From assembly GCA_964589445.1 (NCBI GenBank), contig CAZPQX010000002.1:352-64351 (forward strand): a stretch of 64,000 nt of DNA. The letters run 5' to 3'. The stretch's first letter is position 1, and each line of letters opens with the position of its first letter. A program made the position numbers and the translations under genes. The DNA is from an uncultured Candidatus Saccharibacteria bacterium (lineage in GTDB: Bacteria; Patescibacteriota; Minisyncoccia; Phycocordibacterales; WO2-35-19). The notes beneath the pieces are model-generated. The model searched no databases. It saw nothing but the letters and a program-made list of their open reading frames with translations, and was not told where the DNA came from. This document shows positions 46,402 through 57,900 of this stretch, piece after piece.

Positions 46402-48270
46402 ATGTCAAAAATCATAGGAATAGATCTTGGTACTACAAACTCAGCAGTGGCTGTCATGGAGTCGGGAAACCCAAAGATAATTGAAAACAGCGAAGGTGCT
46501 CGTACCACTCCATCTATCGTCGCTGTTTCGAAGACTGGAGAGAGGCTCGTAGGGCTCCTTGCTCGTAGGCAAGCGGTGACCAATCCGAAGAATACTGTTT
46601 TTGGCATAAAGAGATTTATCGGTCACAACTTTGATGAGGAAGCAGTACAGAAAGACAAAAACACAGTTCCATTTGAAATGTCAAAGTCTGACGCCGGTGG
46701 GGTCAGTGTAAAAATAGGTGACAAAGACTACATGCCAGAAGAGATTTCAGCCATGATTCTCTCCAAGATAAAAGCTGATGCAGAAGCAAAGCTCGGTGAG
46801 AAGGTAACAGAGGCTATCATCACAGTACCTGCATACTTCAATGACGCTCAGAGGAAGGCTACTAAGGACGCAGGCGCTATCGCGGGTCTTGATGTGAAGA
46901 GGATTATAAACGAGCCTACTGCAGCAGCTCTCGCATATGGTTTTAACAAAAAGAAAGACGAACAGATCGCGGTCTTCGACTTCGGAGGAGGAACATTTGA
47001 TATTTCTATTTTGGAAGTTGGTGAGGATATCGTCGAAGTGAAATCAACCGACGGAGACAGCCACCTTGGTGGTAAAGACATAGACCAGAAGATAATTCAC
47101 TGGCTTGCGGATGAGTTTAAAAAGGAGAGCGGTATAGATATCACCAAAGACCCCCTTGCTCTACAGAGGCTCGATGAGGCTGCTGAGAAGGCTAAGATTG
47201 AGCTTTCTACTGCAATGGATACAGAAATCAATATCCCATTCATAACTTCAGATTCTTCTGGTCCTCGCCACTTGCTCATAAAGATGACTCGCGCAAAGCT
47301 CGAGGAAATCGCAGATGAGTTCATAAAGAGGTCAATCGAAATCACTAAGAGGGCGATAGAAGCTTCACCATTTAAGGTGGAAGATATAGATGAAGTGGTA
47401 CTCGTAGGAGGTCAGACAAGAATGCCAAAGATTATCGAAGAGGTGAAAAAGTTTTTTGGTAAGGAACCAAACAAATCTATCAACCCAGATGAGGTGGTGG
47501 CTCTCGGAGCTGCTATCCAGGGAGGTATCATCGCAGGGGACGTCAAAGATATATTGCTTCTCGATGTCATCCCTCTTTCACTTGGTATCGAGACTATGGG
47601 TGGAGTAGCTACTAAACTTATAGAAAGAAACACCACAGTGCCTGCTTCTCGCTCACAGGTATTTTCTACAGCGGCAGACAATCAGACAAGTGTAGAGATA
47701 CACGTGGTGCAGGGTGAGAGGCCTCTAGCTAGCGATAACAGGTCCTTGGGTAGGTTTATTCTCGATGGTATACCACCTGCTCCTCGTGGAGTGCCACAGG
47801 TGGAAGTGACTTTTGATATCGATGCAAACGGTATATTGAATGTTAAAGCAAAAGATAAAACTTCTGGCAAAGAGCAGTCTATAAAAATAGAAGGTAGCTC
47901 AGGTCTTTCAAAAGAAGAAATAGAAAAAATGCAGAAGGAGGCTGAAATGCACGCAGCCGATGACTTGAAGAAAAAAGAGGCTGCTGAATCAAGGAATATT
48001 GCTGAGCAGCTTATATACACAGCTGAAAAGTCACTTAAAGATGCTGAGGGAAAAATATCTGATGAAATAAAGAGCGGAGTAAATGTAAAGATTGATGATC
48101 TCCGTAAGGTAAAGGATGGATCGGATGTGGATGCTATAAAGAAGGCAACAGAAGATCTTTCAAAAGAAATGCAAAAGATAGGCGAGCATATGCAAAAAAG
48201 TAGTAATGAGCAGCCAGCATCTGGTAGCGAGGACAAAAAAGAAGAGGATAAGGGTGAAAATCCACAATAA
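46402..48270 (+). CDS. dnaK: molecular chaperone DnaK (Hsp70)
   Basis: [32 protein letters not shown]. Confidence 0.95.
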   Translation: MSKIIGIDLGTTNSAVAVMESGNPKIIENSEGARTTPSIVAVSKTGERLVGLLARRQAVTNPKNTVFGIKRFIGHNFDEEAVQKDKNTVPFEMSKSDAGGVSVKIGDKDYMPEEISAMILSKIKADAEAKLGEKVTEAIITVPAYFNDAQRKATKDAGAIAGLDVKRIINEPTAAALAYGFNKKKDEQIAVFDFGGGTFDISILEVGEDIVEVKSTDGDSHLGGKDIDQKIIHWLADEFKKESGIDITKDPLALQRLDEAAEKAKIELSTAMDTEINIPFITSDSSGPRHLLIKMTRAKLEEIADEFIKRSIEITKRAIEASPFKVEDIDEVVLVGGQTRMPKIIEEVKKFFGKEPNKSINPDEVVALGAAIQGGIIAGDVKDILLLDVIPLSLGIETMGGVATKLIERNTTVPASRSQVFSTAADNQTSVEIHVVQGERPLASDNRSLGRFILDGIPPAPRGVPQVEVTFDIDANGILNVKAKDKTSGKEQSIKIEGSSGLSKEEIEKMQKEAEMHAADDLKKKEAAESRNIAEQLIYTAEKSLKDAEGKISDEIKSGVNVKIDDLRKVKDGSDVDAIKKATEDLSKEMQKIGEHMQKSSNEQPASGSEDKKEEDKGENPQ

Positions 48271-48326
48271 AAAACGCCACTGAGTCTAATAGCCAAAAGC
48301 TTAAAAATCTGATATAATCAATAGTA

Positions 48327-49406
48327 ATGAAGAATTACTACGAAATCTTGGGAGTGACCAAAAATGCCTCAAAAGAGGAGATAAAGAAGGCTTTTAGGGC
48401 ACTCGCACATAAGTATCACCCTGATAAAAAAGGGGGGGATGCTGAAAAGTTTAAAGAAGTAAATGAAGCTTACTCTGTGCTTTCTGACGACCAAAAAAGA
48501 GCTCAATATGATACTTATGGGCAGACATTTTCAGGTAATGGAGGGGCTGGGCAGAGTGGCTTCGGAGGTTTCCAGGGCAATTGGGGTGATTTCGGTTTCG
48601 ACTTTTCTCAGGGAGGTTTCGATCAAGAGTTTGATCTCGGTGATATATTTGGAGAATTTTTCGGCGGTGGCAGGTCAAAGGTTAAGAGGGGTAGGGATAT
48701 ATCGATAGATGTCGAGCTTTCATTTGAAGAGGCTGTTTTTGGTGTTGAGAGAGTTTTTCTTATAAACAAAATTTCGACCTGTAGTGTTTGTAGTGGCTCT
48801 GGAGCTAAAAAGGGCAGTGATATGGTTTCTTGTACCACATGTAATGGCAAGGGAAAAATAAGAGAAGTAAAGAGGTCAATTTTTGGATCAATAGAGGTTT
48901 CAAAAGTATGTGAAATTTGTAGTGGTTCAGGCAAGATGCCAAAAGAAAAGTGTGAAAATTGTCATGGGGTGGGTGTGCTCAAAAATCAGGAAGAAGTAAA
49001 AATAAAAATACCTTCTGGTATAGATGACGGCGAAATGATACGCATGTCGGGCGCTGGCGAAGCTGTGAAGGGTGGCCAAAATGGTGACTTATATGTCAAA
49101 GTCCACACCAAGAAGCATAAGATTTTCAAAAAAGAAGGTGCTGATCTGATAATGAACTTAGATGTGAAGCTCTCAGACGCTTTGCTTGGAGCCTTATATA
49201 GCATAGAGACACTCGATGGAGCGGCTGATCTCAAAATACCAGAAGGTGTAAACACGGGAGAAATTTTACGAATAGGAGGTAAGGGTGTGCCAACTCAAGG
49301 TAAGTCAAGAGGAGATATCCTTGTAAATATAAAAGTAGTTTTGCCAAAAAAACTTTCCAAATCTCAAAAAGAGACAATCAAAAAACTCCAAGAAGAAGGT
49401 CTGTAA
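48327..49406 (+). CDS. dnaJ: molecular chaperone DnaJ
   Basis: J-domain HPD (YHPDKK). G/F-rich linker. Four CxxCxGxG zinc-finger repeats. Confidence 0.92.
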   Translation: MKNYYEILGVTKNASKEEIKKAFRALAHKYHPDKKGGDAEKFKEVNEAYSVLSDDQKRAQYDTYGQTFSGNGGAGQSGFGGFQGNWGDFGFDFSQGGFDQEFDLGDIFGEFFGGGRSKVKRGRDISIDVELSFEEAVFGVERVFLINKISTCSVCSGSGAKKGSDMVSCTTCNGKGKIREVKRSIFGSIEVSKVCEICSGSGKMPKEKCENCHGVGVLKNQEEVKIKIPSGIDDGEMIRMSGAGEAVKGGQNGDLYVKVHTKKHKIFKKEGADLIMNLDVKLSDALLGALYSIETLDGAADLKIPEGVNTGEILRIGGKGVPTQGKSRGDILVNIKVVLPKKLSKSQKETIKKLQEEGL

Positions 49407-49465
49407 TTTAAAAATATTTTTGAGTTTTCCCCTCTATTTCTAATAGAAGGGTTTTTGAGTTTTGT

Positions 49466-51439
49466 TTGTGTGATAAAATATTTTTATATATGGCACGCTC
49501 TATGGTTTTAGGAAATGGCAACATGATGGTTTGTCTCGATAAATTCGGGCAGGTCAGAGATTTGTATTTTCCTTACGTAGGAAGTGAAAATCACATTGGT
49601 CAAAATCAGACACACAAAATAGGTGTTTTTGTTGATGGGAGTATCAGTTGGCTCGACAGTGGTGAGTGGCAGACTAAGATTGACTATGAAAATAACTCAA
49701 TGGTCGGCAATATAAAAGCAGGCAATAATAACAAAGGTTTATTTATTGAAACACAAGATGTCGTATACAATGAAAAAAATATTTTTTTGAGAAAAATAAC
49801 TCTAAAAAATACAAGTAACAGGCAGCGCAAAATAAAACTATTTTTGAATCAACAGTTTAAGATAAGTGACAACAATCATGCTGACACCGCTTATTTTTCT
49901 GGTGGCATACAGTCTATTATCCATTACAAAGGCAGACGAGTTTTTTTGGTGGGTGGTTTGTGTGAAGACAAACCATTTGAACAGTACAGCATCGGATTTT
50001 GTGGTATAGAAGGTAAGGAGGGTACTTGGAAGGATGCAGAAGACGGCATATTGTCTCTCAACCCTATCGAGCATGGCGTGGTGGACTCTGTAGTGGGTTG
50101 GGAAAGGGATTTGGATCCGGAAGGAGTGATGGTCGTTTATTATTTTGTAGCCGCTGGGGAGACATATAAGGACTCTCTCGCACTAACGGAATACTTTTTT
50201 CAGAAGGGTGGTGAACATCTGATTGGGTCAACAAGAGATTTTTGGAAGGCTTGGCTCGGACAGGTGCCTATATATTTCCCTAAGCTTTCAGAATCTGTAA
50301 GAAATCTTTTTTACAGCTCTCTTTTGGTCATGAGAGCGCACTCAGATAACAGAGGAGGTATCTTGGCGTCAGCTGACTCCGGTAATGTCCAGTATGGAGG
50401 TGATACTTATGGTTATGTGTGGCCTAGAGACGCGTGTTTTACAGCCTGGAGCTTTGATTTGGCAGGTTTTTTTGATGTGTCTAAGAGGTTTTATGGGTTT
50501 GCTAGTGATGTTTTGACCGAAGAAGGGTATGTACTTCATAAGTATCAGCCAGACCATTCACTTGGAAGTTCCTGGCACCCTTGGGTGAGGGATGGTAAGA
50601 GGCAACTCGCTATACAAGAAGACGAAACAGCCATTTTACTTGTCGGTCTTTGGGAGCATTATGTGAGAGCTAAGGATCTTGAGTTTATCGAAAATATTTA
50701 TAACGATTTTATAAAAAGGGCGGCTGATTTTCTTATAAGGTATAAAAATGTGCATACAGGTTTGCCTCTGCCTACTTATGATTTGTGGGAGGAGGTTTAT
50801 TGTGTCTCTCCTTTTACTGCTTCTGTCGTCTATGCTGGGCTTATGTCGGCTGGTCATTTTGCCAAGACTTTGGGTAAAGAAGATGACGCTGAACTTTTTT
50901 ATGGTGAGGCAGAAAAGGTAAGGAAGGGCATAATGTCTGTCCTTTGGGATGAAAAGGAGAGATATTTTTTCAAAATATTTGGAGATACAGGTGAGATGGA
51001 TATGAGAGTTGATTCGAGTAGTTTTTATGGCCTGTTTAGGTTTGGGGTGCTTTCGCCTGATGACCCTCGCATGAAAGAAGCTTTTTCTGTAGCAAGCAGA
51101 CGTCTTTCTGGTGGTATAAAAATCGGAGGACTGGCTAGGTATGAGGGTGATAGCTACTCAAAAGTCTCTGAAGAGGCTACAGGCAACCCTTGGTTTGTTA
51201 CTACTTTATGGTTTACTCAATATAAAATATCAATTGCTTCTTCTCTTTTGGACATGGAAGCAATAGCAAATGACCTTGAGTGGGTAGCCAAATTTGCAGT
51301 ATCTGGCATGCTTTCTGAGCAGCTTAATCCCCACACAGGCGAGCCTTTGTCAGCCACTCCTCTAACTTGGAGCCACTCTGAATTTGTGCGAACCGTCATA
51401 GAATATTATAAAAAAATGCAATCTTTAGGCTTTGCATAA
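49466..51439 (+). CDS. glycoside hydrolase family 15 (glucoamylase/glucodextranase-like)
   Basis: YVWPRDACFTAW and LWEE motifs of the GH15 (alpha/alpha)6 barrel. N-terminal beta domain. Confidence 0.75.
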   Translation: MCDKIFLYMARSMVLGNGNMMVCLDKFGQVRDLYFPYVGSENHIGQNQTHKIGVFVDGSISWLDSGEWQTKIDYENNSMVGNIKAGNNNKGLFIETQDVVYNEKNIFLRKITLKNTSNRQRKIKLFLNQQFKISDNNHADTAYFSGGIQSIIHYKGRRVFLVGGLCEDKPFEQYSIGFCGIEGKEGTWKDAEDGILSLNPIEHGVVDSVVGWERDLDPEGVMVVYYFVAAGETYKDSLALTEYFFQKGGEHLIGSTRDFWKAWLGQVPIYFPKLSESVRNLFYSSLLVMRAHSDNRGGILASADSGNVQYGGDTYGYVWPRDACFTAWSFDLAGFFDVSKRFYGFASDVLTEEGYVLHKYQPDHSLGSSWHPWVRDGKRQLAIQEDETAILLVGLWEHYVRAKDLEFIENIYNDFIKRAADFLIRYKNVHTGLPLPTYDLWEEVYCVSPFTASVVYAGLMSAGHFAKTLGKEDDAELFYGEAEKVRKGIMSVLWDEKERYFFKIFGDTGEMDMRVDSSSFYGLFRFGVLSPDDPRMKEAFSVASRRLSGGIKIGGLARYEGDSYSKVSEEATGNPWFVTTLWFTQYKISIASSLLDMEAIANDLEWVAKFAVSGMLSEQLNPHTGEPLSATPLTWSHSEFVRTVIEYYKKMQSLGFA

Positions 51440-51466
51440 TCCTAGCTTGTAGTTTATATTTCTTCT

Positions 51467-52858
51467 ATGGATTATAAGCTCACTATAGGCCTCGAAATTC
51501 ATGCCGAATTAAAGACACAGAGCAAAATGTTTTGCTCGTGTAAAAATGACCCTGATGAAAAAAGGCCTAATTTTAATATTTGTCCCGTATGTCTGGCTCA
51601 CCCAGGGACACTGCCTGTGATCAATAAGGAGGCGGTAAAGAATGTGCTCAAGGTGGGGCTAGCTCTCGGAGGCACGCTGGCTGATGAAACAGAGTTTGAT
51701 AGGAAGAATTATTTTTATCCAGATATACCAAAGGGTTATCAAATAAGTCAGTACAAGTATCCTCTTGTCTCAGGAGGAGAGCTCCTCGGGGTGAAGCTAA
51801 CCAGGATCCATCTAGAGGAGGACACGGGCAAATCTAGTCATGAGGGAGACGTGAGCCTTGTTGACTTTAATAGAGCTGGGCTCCCTCTTATGGAGCTAGT
51901 GACAGAGCCATGTATACATAGCAGTAAGGATGCCGCTCTTTTTGCCATGGAGCTACAGAAGGTTTTGCAATACTTAGGGGTATCTTCTGCAAATATGGAG
52001 AAGGGTGAGATGAGACTCGAGGCTAATATATCTGTAAGCAAAGATGGCACTCTTGGTACAAAGGTAGAAGTCAAGAATCTAAACTCATTTAAATCGGTTG
52101 AAAAGGCAATAGAGCACGAACTAAAAAGGCAGGTAGAGCTGATAGAGGGAGGTGGTCAGGTGATCCAGGAGACAAGGGGTTGGAATGACTCAAGCGGCAC
52201 CACCTTCTCTCAAAGGGCCAAAGAGACCTCCAAAGATTATAGATATTTCCCAGATCCTGACCTTCCAAAACTTAAAATAAGTGAAATACCCGAGTTTTCT
52301 GTGGAATCTTTAAGGCAAAGTGTCGGTGAAATACCAAGTGAAAAAAGAGAAAGGTTTAAGAAGGATTATGGTCTTAAAGACGCTGATGTTGAATTTTATA
52401 TACAAAATTCCTCCCTTACTCGCTTTTTTGAAGAGTGTGCGAGCCTACTTATAGATAAAAAGGGTTTCCAGACCTTATCTAATCTTGTGGTCACTGATAT
52501 AGCATCTATGGGGGAAGGGTATAAGGATTTAAATACTAAAAATGTGGCTGAACTCGTGGATATGTTTTTGAAGGGCGATATATCGTCTAGGGTAATGAAA
52601 GACATCTTGCCTAAGATAAGCAACGAATCCCCTAGAGCACTAGCTGATAGGGAGGGTTTGTTACAAAAAAGTGATGGCGCGGAGGTAGAGAAGGTGGCAC
52701 AAAGGATCATAGAGGCCAATCCCTCTGTCGTCGAGGAGTACAAATCAGGTAAGGTTTCTAGTATCCAATTTTTACTCGGGCAAGCCATGAAAGAGACCAA
52801 GGGGTCTATAAATCCTCAGGTTCTGAGGTCTACTTTTGAGAAACTTCTTTCTGACTAA
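51467..52858 (+). CDS. gatB: aspartyl/glutamyl-tRNA amidotransferase subunit B
   Basis: MDYKLTIGLEIHAEL...MFCSC and C-terminal YqeY-like domain. Confidence 0.9.
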   Translation: MDYKLTIGLEIHAELKTQSKMFCSCKNDPDEKRPNFNICPVCLAHPGTLPVINKEAVKNVLKVGLALGGTLADETEFDRKNYFYPDIPKGYQISQYKYPLVSGGELLGVKLTRIHLEEDTGKSSHEGDVSLVDFNRAGLPLMELVTEPCIHSSKDAALFAMELQKVLQYLGVSSANMEKGEMRLEANISVSKDGTLGTKVEVKNLNSFKSVEKAIEHELKRQVELIEGGGQVIQETRGWNDSSGTTFSQRAKETSKDYRYFPDPDLPKLKISEIPEFSVESLRQSVGEIPSEKRERFKKDYGLKDADVEFYIQNSSLTRFFEECASLLIDKKGFQTLSNLVVTDIASMGEGYKDLNTKNVAELVDMFLKGDISSRVMKDILPKISNESPRALADREGLLQKSDGAEVEKVAQRIIEANPSVVEEYKSGKVSSIQFLLGQAMKETKGSINPQVLRSTFEKLLSD

Positions 52859-53450
52859 TATTTTTTTCTAGAAATTCTTTGTATTTTAAAGGTCCTCCAA
52901 TAGGCTCAAGTATTTCTTCTGTATTTAAAAGTTCACCAAACCTGTTGGTTTTTAGATAGTCATATTTGCTTGACCATGTATCTTTTTCTGTATTTTGGTG
53001 TAGTGTGCAGGATGTTTTGGCTAGGTCTATTTGAAGTATTAAATCAGCACTAAAAGGTCCATTAAATACGTGACCTTTCTTTGAGTATTTAGAATTAAAG
53101 TATTTGCTGTAGGCGGTAGATATGCGATGCATATATACAGAAAGGATTGATTCTTGTATGTTTTTTATAAGTAGAGAGAAGCTATTTTTTTGGACTGAGA
53201 AGGCTAGTAGACTTATGCTGCGGTCCTCTAGTATAGGGTCTAATTTAGCTTGGGTGGTGGTGAATTTACCCTTGCGTAGGTACATCCGTGTAGACCAAGA
53301 GCTATTGTGTATAGGGGTAGGGGACTGGAAGTGGGTGATCAGAAATAGAAAGCGGGCCACATCTTCTTCGTCTATAAAAATATTTTCTTTGTTTAAACCA
53401 AGGTTTGATATTAGGTAGTATTTATCTTTTTCAAAAACTTCGTAACGCAT
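52830..53450 (-). CDS. IS200/IS605-like Y1 (HUH) transposase homolog (REP-associated tyrosine transposase-like), probably catalytically degenerate
   Basis: YYLISNLG...IFIDEEDVARFL (compare YHIxxRG...IF.DD.DR..FL). KKGHVFNGPFSADLI (compare GHLFQGRFKS.L). HUH His residues and C-terminal catalytic Tyr motif not conserved. Convergent 29-nt overlap with gatB. Confidence 0.55.
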   Translation of the reverse strand: MRYEVFEKDKYYLISNLGLNKENIFIDEEDVARFLFLITHFQSPTPIHNSSWSTRMYLRKGKFTTTQAKLDPILEDRSISLLAFSVQKNSFSLLIKNIQESILSVYMHRISTAYSKYFNSKYSKKGHVFNGPFSADLILQIDLAKTSCTLHQNTEKDTWSSKYDYLKTNRFGELLNTEEILEPIGGPLKYKEFLEKNISQKEVSQK

Positions 53451-53699
53451 CTTATTATTTGTTCTCCCATGTCGGAAGCCTCATTTTTATCTTGTATGAT
53501 TTCATTATAACTTATTCTCACTCACTGTTATTTTAGAGTGTGGATAAGTATCTAAAGCTCGGGTTTGAATATCTAACGCTGAGCGTTTGATATAGATTTT
53601 AGTATAAAAATATTGTAAAAAAGGGTTTTTCGAGAGGCTTGAAAATAGGGGTAAGCTCAGTTTGGGGTGGGGCCAAAATAGCCAATCTCGCCTGGACCT

Positions 53700-54100
53700 A
53701 CCTTCGGAAGGGAGAGGAGTGGTATTTTATGATATATTTTTTGACTTTTTACAAAATAAATTATAAAAACAAAAATTATTATTTAGTCTAATTTTCTACT
53801 AAATAATTTTTGAGATACAAAAATTATATTTTTTTCATCTTATATTCTTTGAAGAGTTTTATTTTATTTTTAAATTTTATTCTTTTTAAAAAATTTGAAT
53901 AATTATCTGTATTAAAAAAATTATTTTAAATATAAAAATATTTTATTATTTAAATTTTTATATTTAGGAAGTGTCAAAAATATTTTAAAATTTAAAAAAA
54001 GATAGTATCTATTTTCGTTTATGGTAAATAGGACAATAGGGGACTCATAAAATTTTAATTTATATTTTTTAATAAAAATTAATTTTTATTATTTATCATT
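53700..54100. other. extreme AT-rich non-coding tract (about 85-90% AT)
   Basis: About 400 nt of A/T runs with no ORF, flanked by DnaA-box-like 9-mers. Confidence 0.7.
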
Positions 54101-54102
54101 TT

Positions 54103-54417
54103 TTAATGAAGAGTGTTGTTGTCTGGTGCGCTATCACTTTCTGATTTTATGTCTCTATCATCCTCTTCACTTTCTTCATTTTCAAGGTGCTGTACAACTA
54201 GCTTTCTTACGAGAGACTTTTTCTCTTTTATTAAGAATGGACTGGTTTCTATAAGATCAATCACTTGGTCTATATCTTCTACTCTATATATACGGTAGTT
54301 ATTGAATGGATGTCTGTATGCTTTGAGCTTACCGTTCTTGTCCCAATTGCGCAAGGTGAGCTTAGATACTCCAAGGATAGATGCTGCGTCTTTTATGGTT
54401 ATGTATTTATTGCTCAT
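54103..54417 (-). CDS. excisionase/MerR-family HTH DNA-binding protein (HTH_17-like)
   Basis: YITIKDAASILGVSKLTLRNWDKNGKLKAYR...YRIYRVEDI, with an acidic C-terminal tail. Confidence 0.65.
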   Translation of the reverse strand: MSNKYITIKDAASILGVSKLTLRNWDKNGKLKAYRHPFNNYRIYRVEDIDQVIDLIETSPFLIKEKKSLVRKLVVQHLENEESEEDDRDIKSESDSAPDNNTLH

Positions 54418-54902
54418 TGTATTTAAAGGTTATTTTATATAAAAATAAACATATATAAACCTTAATAAACATTATAAACTTATATTAATAAATATTAAAG
54501 TTTATATATGTGGAAAACTAAAAATATATCAATATAGATATTGCTTACCATGACATTCTGTAGTGGGGTTTACTTGGTTTAGGTCTTGTCTTTCTGCATT
54601 AAGGGCGACAACCTGATTTTCCTTGTGAAGCCCGATAGACTCTTGTGTGCGTAAAATCCAAATAAAATGGGTAATCTGTATATTTAAGTCGCTGACCAAG
54701 GGGCTTCTAGTTCTGAGAGGTGTTTTTTTGCGACTTTGAGGGCAATATTTTGTACTTCATGAGTCATTATGCGATGTTTGGGTATATTCTAAAAAAATAA
54801 AAAATGTGAAAAAATTTTGAAAAAATATCGGTTGACTTTTTTAAAAAAAATGGAGATATGTCTCGGATGAATGAAGAAATACTTTTTTCAAATAACACTT
54901 AA

Positions 54903-54911
54903 TTATCCACA
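54903..54911 (+). promoter_or_regulatory. consensus DnaA box TTATCCACA
   Basis: Perfect 9-mer. A second perfect copy lies in reverse orientation at 53539-53547. Relaxed matches at 54509-54517 and 54805-54813. Confidence 0.45.
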
Positions 54912-54954
54912 CTTTTTTCTTTATCTCGTCTTCACGAGATATTAAAATAAATAG

Positions 54955-57900
54955 GTGCAAGGATCTCTGAATTTTGAAGGCAAAAAATATATATCAGCAA
55001 AAGATGCTGCTAAGCAATTTGGCTATACAAGTGACTACATTGGTCAGCTTTGTCGTGGTGGTAAAATAAAATCAAAGCTTGTGGGTAGGGTGTGGTATGT
55101 ACTCGAATCAGAAATATCTTCTTACAAAAAAGTTCATCTCGCTCCAGGTAGACCATCTAAAAAAAATCTTTCAAACAAAAAAACACTACACTCATCTTCA
55201 TTTAAGAAAACAAAAAAAATTGCAGATTCAAAAGAAGATGTTTTGTTAGAAAATAAAAAAGAAATTTATTTAAATTTAGAAACACCTAAAGAATCACCAA
55301 AATACAACGTATTTCCTGAAATATCTCGGGTTGCCGAGATTGATTCAAAAAAAGTCTTATATATAGAAGACAATTCAGAGCTATTCCCAACACTCAAAAG
55401 AAACATAGACCTCGAATACATAAAAAGACATGCTTTTGATAACCTAGAAAAGGCAAAAAGCGGCAAATATAAAGCGACCAAATTTGATAAAACAGTCGCT
55501 TCTTCGCTTGTGGCAGTAGTCGTACTTTCTTTGGGCACTTTTGGTCTTTTTGAAGGGTCAAATTTCATAAACAGACTAAAGACAGAGTCTCGAGGTTCTG
55601 CTTTTGAAGAAGTTTCGCTGCTCTATTCTCCTCTCGTTAGAGATATAAACAGATCTGTGGCTCAAATTTCAGAAAAAACAGGAGTTTCTAGTTCACAGTT
55701 GGCTCTCTCTGTCGCATCAGATAGCAATACAAAATTAGTTTTTGATTTTGTAAGGAATATTGGAGAAAAAGTATTTGGCAGGTTCTTTGGCAAAGAGACT
55801 GTTTTGGTGGATTCTGGCGAATCAAACACGGTAAAAACAATAGTTATAAAAGAGACTTCTTATCCTTCTGCTGCTCCCGCACAAAATACAGTATCTACCC
55901 AAGCAAAGACAGTCTTCTTACCTTCTTTTGATAAGGAATACATAAACTCACTCATCGAAGAAAAATTTGTGGCTCTCAAAAACAATTTCCTCACTAGCAC
56001 CATTGCTCCAAATGTAAACAGGTACTATGTGTCAAGACAAAATGATGAAATAGTCGGCAATATAGGAAGTGTGGTTGCCAATCTCGAAGACAGGATAGAC
56101 GATGCAATCTCAAATATATCACTCACTGACCTCAATCTTTCTACTCTTTCAGTATCAGGTACCTCTATATTCTCTGGAAATGTGTCTCTAAATGGCTCGA
56201 CCACAGCAAGCACACTCTCTGCCACGGATTGGCTTTCTGTAGGTACTACCACAAATCATGCCACTCTCACAGTGGATGGTGCTTTTTACTTGGCGCAAGT
56301 TACCCCTCCGGGAGACACATCAAACAGGCTTTACAATGACGGAGGTGATTTGTATTGGAATGGCTCTATACTCGCTGGCTCCGGAGTGGGCAATTGGTCT
56401 ACAGATGGCACTAGTGTATGGAGAGCTTCAGGAAAAGTGGGTATAGGTACATCTACTCCTTCAACAGCTTTAGTTGTTCAAGGAAATGGTCTGACTTATG
56501 TAAATACAAATACAAATGCAGGAAGTTCTACAATATCTTTTGGAGGAGGCAACAATAATCGCCCTGTCTTTAATATGGGCCCCTTGGGTACTCCAGATGA
56601 ATTTAAAATATGGAACCTTGGATATTACCAGATGGGCGCTACAAATTCACAAGGATTAGCTCTTATGACCAACAATACCAATCGCTTGTATATAACAAGT
56701 GCTGGAAATGTAGGTATTGGAACAACAAGTCCAGGTAGTTTACTACAAATAGAAGGGAACCCATCTGGAGCAATACTTACTCTAAGGAGGGCTTCAACTG
56801 CAGGGGATTTGCCAATTTACTTTACAAAATCAAATGGTGGGCTCCAGGGAGCCATAGTTTCTTATAATGCAGGAGATATTTCTCTACATACAACTGATGG
56901 GGCAGAAAAAGTCAGATTGTTAAATAATGGAAATTTGGGTATTGGCACCACATCACCATTTGCAAAACTTTCTGTCGAGTCGACTGCGGGGGCTGCACAG
57001 TTTGCTATTGGCTCATCAACCGCCACTTCTTTTATTGTCGACAAAAATGGAAATGTTGGGATTGGTATAGTGACCCCTACACAAGCATTGGATGTAGTGG
57101 GAAGCGTACAAGCTTCAGGTAGTTTCTATTCTGGAAATGGTATAGGCATATCTCCAACTCAAACTACCATGTATAGTGGCTACAATTTTGGTTGGAATGC
57201 AAACGCTACTCGCGCAGGAAGCCCTGATGTAAATCTTTCAAGGGGTGGTGTATCAAAATTGTATTTAGGCAACGGCACATTAGGTGACTTTACTGGTACT
57301 TTGATTGCGGGAAACATAGGAGTCGCTACTACTTCTCCCTCTGCAAAACTTTCTATAAAGGCGGATGGTACTGGTACTGGCAGAGCATTTACTATTTCTG
57401 ACTCTGCTGATGCCGAGAAACTCACTGTACTTGATAATGGAAGTTTGCTCTTAGGTACTGGCTCACAGCTAGCAAGCTCGGGCAAGATAAGATTGACGCT
57501 TGGTGATGGTATCAGGTGGAGGAGAAATGATTTGGTAAATGATATGGGCATTACATACGATGCATCAGGTTCTTTTTGGTACGGTACAGCATCTTCTTCA
57601 TCTGCTCCTTTCCTTATAAATTCAAGCGGAAATATAGGGGTGGGTATATCTAGTCCTACAAGCCTTTTGACCTTGTATGGTGCGAGCCAGACCATCACAC
57701 TTCAAAATCCAACTACAGGTAGTACTGTAAGTGATGGCTACTACTTGGGGCTAGGTGCCGGCACCACAGATATGTATTTGTGGAATAGAGAGAGTGGTGC
57801 TGTCTATTTTGGTCAAAACAATGGTACTGTTATGACTTTAAATAATGGGAATGTCGGTATTGGTACTACGACTCCAGTGACCAAACTTACAGTTTATGGT

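Noticed and set aside
53650-53730. tRNA-like D-arm sequence AGCTCAGTTTGG
   Set aside because: No complementary acceptor stem, anticodon arm or T-arm could be built. I found no tRNA in any intergenic region.
53539-54911. Chromosomal oriC
   Set aside because: Flanking genes on both sides remain on the + strand with no divergence. No dnaA or dnaN in the window. Kept as a DnaA-box cluster and possible element boundary only.
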